In this document: one piece after another, positions 53,944 to 64,000 of the stretch
Layout of the letters: the number at the start of each line of letters is the position of its first letter
Numbering within the stretch: the stretch's first letter is position 1
Source of the DNA: Antedon mediterranea
Taxonomy: Eukaryota > Animalia > Echinodermata
Assembly (NCBI RefSeq): GCF_964355755.1
Contig: NC_092670.1
Coordinates: 10,402,795 to 10,466,794 of the forward strand
Direction of reading: 5' to 3'
DNA length: 64,000 nt
Notes under the pieces: generated by a model
Databases searched by the model: none
Told to the model about the DNA's origin: nothing
Seen by the model: the letters and a program-made list of their open reading frames with translations, nothing else
Program-made: the position numbers and the translations under genes

Positions 53944-54364
53944 TGTTTCCTCGACATGATTTAGTGGTTTATAGGAGGTCGTCTAGGCGAGGCTCACCGA
54001 CGAAACGTCAGTCAATCGAATTGATAGAACCGTCTAACACAAAATTGAATGATGGAATACGTCACACATGATTGTGTTCAATTTTGGAATGCCATGTTAT
54101 ATTTAATTTTAGTTTGTGCCTTCCATACCTGTCACTTTCTCTTGATGTAAAAAAGTGAAAATGATCACTCTTTTGTATTCCACTTTTAAAACAATTTACT
54201 CTTATAACGAGTGAAATATCCACTCGCTCTGTTTTCAATTATGTAGCTGGCCGGCTGATTCGTGTCGCACGAATATTTCAGGCATGGCAGCAGATGGTAA
54301 TACTCTTTATTTCATTATTATATTGCTGGGTATCTTTATTATCAAAATGTAGTTATTTTTTAAG

Positions 54365-54500
54365 GTGTCTGTCCACGCGACGTCACTGACGTTAATGGCA
54401 ATGAACATCGACCGATATTTTGCCATCGTGTATCCACTGAAATCCATCCGATATCGGACGCCTACCCTGGCACTCACTATCAACATATCAATCTGGATCA
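54365..54500 (+). CDS. KISS1R: kisspeptin-type GPCR, coding exon 2 (TM3, DRY, TM4)
   Basis: VSVHATSLTLMAMNIDRYFAIVYPLKSIRYRTPTLALTINISIWI; ttttaag|GTG and ATCA|gtaagt; 136 nt. Confidence 0.9.
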
Positions 54501-55424
54501 GTAAGTACATATTTTATATGGAATTATATCGGACGAAGACATGGCTAATTTTGAATACCGTTTATTCTTAGCCATTTTGTCCTGGAACCTATACACTCGT
54601 CTTAATGGGAGGACAAGTCTGAGGGTAAAGACTATAGGAACCGTATGTTCACTGTCCACAATTGCTAGTGTTAATTGCTTGTGTGCACTAGTACTATAAT
54701 AAGTATTCGTGACACTTGTGAATGCGGCATAGTTTGTTAATAGTTCAACCGTGGCGTACGGTCTAGTTTTTTTAATACTTTGTAATAATTTAGGTTATTG
54801 ATAGATATAGACAGTATTAGTTTCAAGATTAATTTGATAATGAAAAAAATATTGAATTAGTGTATGAGAGGAATGACACTGACTACAAGCGATGATCGTA
54901 ATAAGATGGTTATATCAAGATGTCATTAGGTAAAGTGTGACTGACTATCGACAGTCATCTAGATACAAAAGTCCTAGGTAGGTGTAATAAGCATGGTGAC
55001 GATGAAATTATACATTCACATAATATACAGCATCTAATTTATCACATGTGGAGGGTTAGGGTTAGGTTACTACACTAGATACACATGTGATCTATTCCCA
55101 AATATTCCTATGATACTTTGGAAATATAGATACAGTACCGAGAATCGGCTGGACACCTAACTCGAAAGAAAGTTTTCGTTAAATAACCTTTTATGCTGTC
55201 TTTGATAAAAATAATATTTATAAAATTCCAATAAATTTACGTCATGATAAATATAAAATCGTTGTATTATCACGATGTTATTGCTCTTACTGATCATGAC
55301 GTCATTTGATTAGACGTGTGAAAATATCATTTTCATAAAAGGAAGCATAGATGGTTATTCTATATTTCTGGAATAAAAATTGCTATTTATTTAATACTTT
55401 TTACATGAATTTTCTTCCATTTAG

Positions 55425-55999
55425 TTTCATCGCTTTTATCGATTCCAATTTCCATATTTTCAACGGTTATGGATTTCAACGGAAGACATTACTGTGTTGA
55501 AGAGTTCAACGAACAAGGGTTGTTAGCGCACTACATTTACGTTGTGTTCAGTACCTACATAATCCCGCTCTCCGTCCTCGTTGTCTGCAACGTCAACATG
55601 TTGCGTCAACTGTGGAAGACGCGGGAACAGCTCCGAGACACAACATTAAGCCTGCACTCGATACAACAACGAAAGAAAGTTACCAAGATGATACTGCTGG
55701 TTGTTGTCTTTTTCTTTATTTGTTGGTTACCGATACACGTGATAAATCTGTGGCAAAGACTCGGTAATAGTATCAACAATAACTTGGCCATTTCAAAGCT
55801 CAGGATTTTTGCTCTAACACTGGCGTACAGTAACTCGTGCGTAAACCCATTTGTATACGCGTTCATGGGCGAGAATTTTCGCGCGTGTTTTAGAAGAGCA
55901 TTCCCGATGTGTACAAAAGTGAACCGAGTGAGGAATAGTAGTATGTTATTAAACAACAATCGGACAAGAGAAACACAGGTACAAAAGGACACGGTTTAA
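55425..55999 (+). CDS. KISS1R: kisspeptin-type GPCR, coding exon 3 (TM4-TM7, C-tail)
   Basis: catttag|TT phase 1; YIIPL, KKVTKMILLVVVFFFICWLPIH, LAYSNSCVNPFVYAFMGENFR. Galanin/allatostatin-A receptor affinity cannot be excluded without a phylogeny. Confidence 0.9.
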
Positions 56000-57127
56000 G
56001 CTATAAGATCTTAATACCTTTCCATTTCACGGAATGAAATACATCGTTTTAGAAGCAGGTTGAATACCAAAACAGCGACGTTTCCGTTCCAAATAGAATA
56101 AGCGTTGAATGCAGAGATTTATTATGTCCTTCCGTAACCTGAGTACGGTACCATACTGAATAACGACAAGTCGATTTTAATACTTTTTATTATATATATA
56201 TATATATGTATATATTTAAAAAAATGGCAACTAATAATAATATCTTAAACTATCATCAATTTCTTTCTGACGAAGGAATAGTGTTTGCAGGCTCATAGGC
56301 CTAATTCTTGCTGATTCTTCATTTTCGCTTATTTTATTTTGCATTACCATTGCGATCCAATAGTGGCCGTATTATATTCACACAATTGAGATATTTTCCT
56401 AGTGTTTAATAAAATTATTATCACAATATCACTTTATAAAATTGTGTGTAACGTCTCTGTCTACGGGTGACATGTCAACCACAAAATCCCGTGATTACGT
56501 TTCTATAATATATTTTTCCTGACAACTATTAAAATGAACAAAGTGCACCTTTTATAACATTCTGATGACTAGCTGTTTGCAGTAGGCTCTACTTTTGAAT
56601 GAGCGCACTTGAGTGGTGTTAAAGACTACAATACAGTATCTTTAACTTCAACATGTGCGTGCTCTAAGCGATCGCATTACACTGTTTGTGTCGGACAATA
56701 TTACTCCGCGAAAAATATGTAGGCCCTACAGGCTGTACGCGCGCCCTCTCTGAGGAGGATACAGAAGGTATCAGGTCAAGTCAGGTAGGGCTGTTGGTCC
56801 CGGTCTGTCTGGGCCTACTTATAGAGGATAATTATAATAAAAGCAAAATTACCTTATTCTTTTAGTTAGGTGGCCTTGCAATAACTCTAGGCTAGCATAG
56901 GCCTACTTTACTTAAGTAAGTTGTATATAGGCCTACACTATTCTAAGAGGGGAAGTAGGCCCTACGGTCGCGTCTGAAATCGGTCGCGTTTGAAATCGGT
57001 CGCGATAAAATCAACTTCCGGTATTTTGTATGGCGCGCCGCTAGAGCTATATTTAATTGATATTTTTTAGGAACTAGATTATTTATGTGGATATTTTTTA
57101 CTTGGTTAATAAATATTTATTATCAAT

Positions 57128-58491
57128 CAGGGCCGTAGCCAGGATCTGTCAAGGGGGGTTCGGACACTAAATATTTGGGTCAACCCCCCCCCCCCCTGCG
57201 GGTGGGGCCTGATGCGAAGCGAATTTTGTTAAATGACACCCCTAGATGGCCGGAAAAGACACTCTCGTGCAGCATGCTACCGATGAGCAAAAAGATCGTA
57301 CTTTTTTCCTCCTTCTCAAACACGTCGATAATTTAAAGGACGATAACTATTTGTTGCCGTATGTTAGATGCGCGTGCTCTGTGTGCTGAACCGCCGATTG
57401 TTTGATCATTTACTCCGTATTTTGTTTTGCGTTCAAGTTCAATGCGAACGTACATCTAGGAGCAGTCCCGAAAAAAGCACACTGGTTGAAGGCAAATGCT
57501 ATTTGCTAGCTCTATCTATAATATTTATTTACAGCAATTTGTTGAGGAATATAAATATGTAAATAGGTGATATTGATACATTTTAGTACGTATCGGCTGG
57601 TGGTCTAGAAAAAAATAATCGGATGCCATAATGTGAACTACAGTACTTGATACCATAGATATTATAGTGTAAAATATTAATATTCACTAATATACAAATA
57701 ATGAATGTTTATGAGTGCAATGGTACAAATAATGGCACGAGGTGAATGACGAAAGGTTATATCAACGAGGCAAAGCCGAGTTGATATAACCTTTCATCAT
57801 TCACCAAGTGCCATTATTTGTACCATTACACGAATACAAAACATTCATTATTTGTTTTATATAACATCTAGGCGTTTTTTTTTCGTACACAAAAATGTTT
57901 CAAAAAGTACTATTTAATGATCGTTGAATAGTGCGTACTATTGCACGCCATGTGACCCACATTCGTCCAATCAAATGACAGGAATTTATATAGGTGTTAT
58001 ATAAAATCCTCTATGATACATTATACTTCATAATCACACATAAATACTGATGTACGTCGGAAGGCTATATATACTTTATGCATGCTGCCTGACTGCCAGT
58101 GATCTAAACAATTATAGGTACGCAGTTGTCTGGCGGTGTCCTTTGTACGAATCGTTCGTGCCCCAGTTCGCTATGAGACGCGTCAATATCATGTTACATG
58201 CAGGGACCAAACATTTATTTTTCAGGTTAAAATCGGCAATTCATTTGCAGCTTTTAGAAATTTACAGACACGTATCGCTAGTTGACGCTCATACAGAGAA
58301 GAAGGTTCACGAACAAGTTTACGAATTTTTCAATTCACAAACAACTTTGGGGCACGTATTTGGAGAATTTTTGGAGATGAGGGTGAGGTATTGGGCATGT
58401 CGGGGATGGGGGTTCGCAGTCGGTTAAGGGGGGTTCGCTGTAAAGGGGGGGTTCGCCCGAACCATAAAAACCCCCCCTGGCTACGGGCCTG
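57128..58491. mobile_element. hAT-type non-autonomous element (1364 bp); related copy at about 62755-63240
   Basis: CAGGGCCGTAGCCAGG / CCTGGCTACGGGCCTG (15/16); GGGGGTTCG subterminal repeats; TCAAT on both flanks. Confidence 0.75.
57690..57862. repeat. long hairpin palindrome (arms about 80 bp, loop GAGGCAAAGCCGA) nested in the hAT element
   Basis: ...AATGGTACAAATAATGGCAC..GGTGAATGACGAAAGGTTATATCAAC / GTTGATATAACCTTTCATCATTCACC..GTGCCATTATTTGTACCATT... Confidence 0.85.
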
Positions 58492-60003
58492 TCAATCATT
58501 AAATTATTTTTTTTAAATATTTCACAGGTCTCGGAGAAGGACTGCGTCTTTTCAAAATGGCCATTTCTAAAACATTAGGCATAATGTTATATTAGGCATA
58601 TAATAATTTACCTCTATTTATATGTACTGTAATTAATATATTATTATATAGAGAATATACGTCTGTCGTGTCTTTTATTATGCAAACAATTACGTAAAAG
58701 AGAACAATTTATTTAAAAACAATAATTTTTACAATATAGCCCGTAAAGCCAGCGTATCCGTTTTTATACTTATGCATACTGTGGCAGATTATATCATATC
58801 CATGTCGTTAACAACATACTATTCGATCACCTTATTTTATTTCTATTTTATTTCTATCCGTTATGTAGGATAATATTAAGTGTATAATGATTATAGGTCT
58901 TTTGTTATTTAAACTTTGACCCTTGGCTTGTGTTATTTAATTAGTTGTTTTTTAAAAATTTTATTCATTGGACTTGATAATGACTCCATGATGTAGTCGA
59001 AACATCGTTCTTTTTTTAAGCGTTATTTTTCTATTATGTATTTATATTGATTATTGTTGAGGCAAATCACGTGTATATTTTTATTTCTAATGTTTCAAAT
59101 AGTTTTTAGTAAAATGATCATTATATGCGGATGGTTAAAAGGCGAGTTACTGAAATAAACCCCCGAATAAGCCATATTGTGGAGATGCGCCTTCTATGAT
59201 CGTGCAGCTGTTTCCCCTAACAATACATTTTATTTTGCTGACGGGGTTTCCTCATTTTAAAAAAACATGCACTTGTTAGTGTTAAATCATGGACAAAACA
59301 CGTACGATCGTTGTCCATGGCGAGGTAAAGATGACGTCTATTACGAATAACCATACGTTTGAAACGTCTATAGGCCTCCTGCATGTGTTTTTGTGAAACG
59401 ATCCAATGAGCTACAGATGCTCGACGCGATTATGAGATCATGTTCATTCATTCATTCATTCTTTATTTAGCCTCTAAAATCGAAATATTAAAACGTAGGT
59501 AACAAAATCAAGACACGTGGAAATCTACGGAGGCAAGGATAAGCAAAAGCAATTAAAATCGCTGTAGCTCACAGGCTTGCTTATCCATAATAATTCTGAA
59601 TAATACACTGTTTCTATAATTTGACAGTATGATTTATATATAATTTACGTATATACGTCGGCGATAGGCCTACTATAGATTTTAATTTGAATATCTTTTA
59701 TTTCTTCATTTATAATAATCATCCGGCTCGATCCATACAAAATAGCGCGACCGATTTCAAACGCGACCGATTTCAAAAGGCACTCTTTTTCGGGCCTCCG
59801 TCCCTCGTAACCTAAATTAAAACAGCATTACATTGTGAGACTCGGGCACTACCCATTATTGACCATTCAGCCATCTAACCGGATTACAATGCATTGATAT
59901 AACACATTAGTACAATAGCCATAGAGGGCGCTATATAGGATCTACAGTACGACTAGGTGTAGAGAGGCAGACAGTTCGTATTTAGTAAAGGCCTACTTTA
60001 TAC

Positions 60004-60023
60004 CAGGGAGTTGTAACTCCCTG
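60004..60023. mobile_element. 20-bp palindrome with a 7-bp near-duplication (P-type footprint candidate)
   Basis: TTTATAC|CAGGGAGTT-GT-AACTCCCTG|TCTATAC. Confidence 0.5.
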
Positions 60024-60245
60024 TCTATACTAGAGTGGTATAGGCTATCACAAGTTTATTAATATTTGTTATATGTTTTTAATCAGATTATTTTTTTATT
60101 TCTCTCATTTTTTTACAGCATAGTCAATGCATGGAGTAAAGGTCAATGGTTACACCATGCTATACATGACATCAAAATACATCTTTATAATAATTAATTG
60201 AGGATCTTTTGTTAGTTGACGTATTATGACACGAAAGTTGTAAAG

Positions 60246-60430
60246 ATGTCAAGGGTATTGTTGATTGAGGCGTTCTATGCTGGCTCCCACTCTCAGTTGA
60301 TCGACACTCTTGAGAAAGGCCTAGAAGGATGCGCTGTCAAATACACTTTGCCAGGGAAGAAGTGGCATTGGAGAGCACGGACATCAGCTCTATATTTTTC
60401 CGAAGTAATTTCACCTAGCCAAGAATACAG
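60246..60430 (+). CDS. GTDC1: GTDC1/QTMAN (tRNA-queuosine alpha-mannosyltransferase), coding exon 1
   Basis: [22 protein letters not shown]...[18 protein letters not shown]; TACAG|gttaag donor, 185 nt, phase 2. Confidence 0.92.
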
Positions 60431-61244
60431 GTTAAGAGTTGTGCATTATATTTTGACAGCAAAGGTCATAATCTTTATTTTTTTATCAATACCCTTTCTG
60501 TTGTAATAACAGAGGTGCCAACTTCAAAAAGTAAAAATCGAGGAAACAATTTTGAAGATACCCAAACAATAAAGGTTACCATAAAAGTTGGAAAATATTC
60601 ATCGGAATATAATAGAGGGCGCTATTAAAACAATCATCAGCATTTGCATAATTAAAATATTTATTAAAATAGTATTGTATTTACCCTATATGCTATATGT
60701 AAAAGTACACCAGATATTCGCCTACCTGGGAAATTCTTTCCCACTTGGGGCAAATCCAATGTATATATATATATCCCGTATCAATAATATAGTACTTGCT
60801 TATAATAGCCGTCTATATTGTCACCATGGCAAAACTGCCCTGATTTCAGGTTTCTCCCAACCATCTGCGCATGCCCCAGACGTCCATATGTCATGCATAC
60901 TAAATCAAGGCGCCCGTAGATGGTTGGTATGTTCAGGTCATTCATTCATTGGCCAGCCCCCTGGGGTCGATACTACAATATTAAACAATGGATATGCCAG
61001 AGGTTACCGGACTCTGCAAACTGGGAAAATTTGTTACTAAAATCCAGTTTTGCCTATATTTAACAAACAAGCTACTAGTAGAGTAGTAGTAACCTAAATA
61101 TTAAATCATTCATTTAGATGTTTTTTCCATGTAATAATAATAATCTGGAGAAATTTTCCTTATTAGCAGGAAGTAAGAGATGACTCAAAATATCGGGGAA
61201 TTGTAATAAACAATATTATTATACAGATTATTAAAGGTGCCCCA

Positions 61245-62505
61245 CGCATTGATATTGTTGCACTGGACTATAGTCGTGCATTTGATTCCATTTCGCACTC
61301 TACAATGATTTCCAAACTGAAAAGAACCTATGGAATTGGTGGTTCCATGTTGCCTTGGTTGGAATCATTTTTAACTGAACGTTTTTTAACGGAAAGATGT
61401 CCGGCAAGAGTTGCGTAATATCAGGGGTTCCTCAGGGGTCTGTGCTTTGACCCCTGTTATTTAACATATATGTTAATGATCTACATATGCACCTACGTGC
61501 AAAACCATATCAATATACAGAGACGACACTTGCATTGCTAAATGTATAATGACGGAGGAAGATAGTTTATCTCTGCAACAGGACATTGACACGATCTCCT
61601 GGTGGTCAGCACTTAATTCACTTTCCATTAACCCTAATAAATGTCAAGTGCTGTCATTGTCCAGAAAACGAGATCCCGTTGTTCCATCTTGCATTCTAAA
61701 TGGACATGAACTCATGAATGTTAATGACATTACGTTACTTGGTGTGGTAATATCCCATAATTTGTCATGGGCACATCAGGTAGATTATGTAACTTTGAAA
61801 TGCAATAGGATGTTAGGTTTTATACGATCAATTGCCACAGGTTGTTCTACATCTGTTTTACTTAAACTTTATAAAGGTCTTGTTCTTCCCCATATTCAAT
61901 ATTGCTCCCCTGTTTGGTATCCTTATCGTCAATGTCATATTAATAAAATTCAAAGAAGGGCAAGTCGATTTATCCTTCATCAACGAATCTTAGATCAGCC
62001 ATATTCTGACCGATTAACTAGACTGAATTTGATGACAGCTGAATCAAATTGAGATTATTTTACCGTTATTTTTGTTACAAATATATTGTATAAATTACAG
62101 AATAGTTTTATTTTAAATATGTTGACTATCAATTGTAGGCATTTGGATGTTCTAACTTTTAAACATCTTGCATCCAAAACTGATAGGAAAGCATTGTATC
62201 CCAACCAGATTTATTCGTTTGTGGAATTCACTACCGGTCAATATTAAAGACGCCTTTGTATGCGGAAGTTGGGTACAATTTAAAAACATGTTAATGGACC
62301 ACTTTAAAAATACTATGCCTCTTTAATGTATATAATTATGGTATTAATATTACATATTTACATTGTTTTATGTTTTAATGTATGCTTTGAGTGCTGGTGT
62401 GGCACACCTTATGGCGACAGTGGTCCTTTGACCTCTTTTGCCACTCCTTGGCACACTCAAAGTTTATGTATTGTTTTAATGTTGCTAAAATTAATAAAAT
62501 AAAAT
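61245..62505 (+). mobile_element. 5'-truncated, frameshifted CR1-group LINE in GTDC1 intron 1
   Basis: IDIVALDYSRAFDSISH, SGVPQGSVL*PLLFNIYVNDL, LLGVVISHNLSW, LYKGLVLPHIQYCSPVW; A-rich 3' end near 62500. Confidence 0.85.
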
Positions 62506-62533
62506 TATTAACTGTTCACTTTTCTTCCCTTAG

Positions 62534-62701
62534 AATTTTGTTTACCAGTTCAGTATTAAATTTAGCAGAGTTGGTAGCACTGCGACCTGATTTGTCTCGG
62601 CTGACCAAGATTGTTTACTTCCATGAAAACCAGCTGGTTTACCCTGTCCGAAAACAAAAAGACAGAGATTTTCAATATGGATATAATCAAATAATAACCT
62701 G
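62534..62701 (+). CDS. GTDC1: GTDC1/QTMAN, coding exon 2
   Basis: ILFTSSVLNLAELVALRPDL...KIVYFHENQLVYPVRKQKDRDFQYGYNQI; cccttag|A and CCTG|gtactg; 168 nt. Confidence 0.92.
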
Positions 62702-63332
62702 GTACTGTATATTTATTGTTAGTTTTTAAATTTATAGTAGGGAATTGAGAAGGACAGCAGGGGTGGATCCACGATTTTGAAATATAGGGGTGGGGAGAGG
62801 GAGGCTCAGACACAAGCATTTGAGCGTTCGGTAAATACGACCCCTAGATAGTCAGAAATGGTACTCGCACACAAAATTTATGATAAAATGGCACCTCCCA
62901 CTAATCTAGTTGGCCCGCCGCGGGAAGGACGTTTGTATCATGCGCAGAAAACAGCAAAACGATCATACTTTTTCTGGCTGGTAAACACAGTGACGTAACA
63001 TTTTTTGCATATGTTGCGCATGTTCTGTGTGTAGGTAACTGCTGATTGTTTGATCGTACTTTACACAGTGTTGTGTTTTAATGGTAATTTTAAAGTTGTC
63101 ATCCTGAATACTTACAGACTATTCCCCTTGATTTTCAGAAAATCAATATATTGTTGACGTCGCAAATGCTTATTTCTGCAGTTATCTTTATCTCTCTTTA
63201 TTTTGAAAAGTATTTTGCTCAGTCCATAATTTATTCTTCTATCTATGCCCAGATGAGGTCAATATTTATATGCAAAGGAAAACTTTATACTGTATAAAAT
63301 TTATTTAATGTTAATTTACATTTTTCTTTTAG

Positions 63333-63701
63333 TTTAACTGCTGACATTGTTTTATTCAACTCAAAATACAACATGGAATCTTTCTTGTCATCAATTGGGA
63401 CATTTTTAAAACTTATGCCTGACTTCCGTCCTAAAGGCCTCGCTGAAAAGATACGACCAAAATCAAAAGTGTTGTATTTTCCAATAGAATTTCCAATAAT
63501 GAATGATCCAATAGCAGATGTTATGGAAGGACTGACGTTAGCGGAACAGGCCAGTTCATTACATGGAAGTCAGGAGGTGTTTGAAAAATCCAAAGACAGG
63601 GCTATTAAATCAGGTGTCACCGGAGAACAGACAGTTTATAGCTGCAGTTCAGTTTTATCACAATTGTCATCCCCATTAAAAATAGTATGGGCTCATAGAT
63701 G
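63333..63701 (+). CDS. GTDC1: GTDC1/QTMAN, coding exon 3 (gene continues beyond the window)
   Basis: LTADIVLFNSKYNMESFLSSI..FLKLMPDFRPK...KSKVLYFPI...PLKIVWAHRW; ttttag|T and GATG|gtacag. Confidence 0.88.
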
Positions 63702-63719
63702 GTACAGTCCTAGTGCATT

Positions 63720-64000
63720 TTTTGACTGCATCACTTATTTAGACTGCTATAATCATTTGAGTGCTATGCTTATTTAGTCTGCTATACTTATTGACACTGC
63801 TATACTTATTTACAGTGCTGTACTTATTTGACTGCTGTACTTATTTGACTGCTATACTTATTTGACTGCTATACTTATTTACACTGCTGTACTTATTTAC
63901 ACTGCTATACATATTTACACTGCTATACTTATTGACACTGCTGTACTTATTTACACTGCTATACTTATTTACACTGCTGTACTTATTTGACTGCTATACT
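63720..64000. repeat. 17-18 bp minisatellite (ACTGCTRTACTTATTT(G/AC))
   Basis: Direct reading; runs to the window edge. Confidence 0.92.

Larger units (their letters stand above)
56960..59785. mobile_element. outer TIR element with subterminal 16-bp repeats (TTTGAAATCGGTCGCG)n
   Basis: Repeats at about 56964-57004 and their inverse CGCGACCGATTTCAAA x2 at about 59746-59777. Exact ends and TSD not resolved. Confidence 0.55.

Noticed and set aside
60588-61040. 150-aa ORF in GTDC1 intron 1 (also 58050-58427 and 47686-47967)
   Set aside because: No recognisable domain, and they lie in repeat-derived or intronic sequence.

Overview
AT-rich, intron-containing animal genomic DNA; no prokaryotic features. 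A marine invertebrate deuterostome such as an echinoderm is inferred from gene content only. Host genes: (1) a complete 5-exon secreted PAN/Apple + fibrinogen-domain (FReD) lectin gene on the minus strand (15928-9488, 322 aa); (2) a truncated FReD paralogue (37987-35705), followed by three tandem degenerate copies of its C-terminal coding segment; (3) a 3-exon kisspeptin-type GPCR (52784/52867-55999) with an apparent 1-nt frameshift in its N-terminus; (4) the first three coding exons of GTDC1/QTMAN (60246-63701). Most of the rest is mobile DNA: four head-to-tail Helentron-type (HINE) units, each with a tRNA-like Pol III cassette; a near-intact single-ORF LINE; an L2 split by a satellite-bearing DNA transposon; Rex1- and CR1-type fragments; a solo LTR; an Academ-like foldback; a 5.8-kb TIR element holding a minisatellite; and many Harbinger, hAT and Kolobok MITEs. 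The most notable unexplained signal is a dense layer of short palindromes (TAGGCCTA, TACCGGTA, TACWGTA and P-type mini-palindromes). Paralogue comparisons inside the window show that some are TA-duplicating insertions, consistent with transposon excision footprints. All calls were made by eye and no database searches were run.
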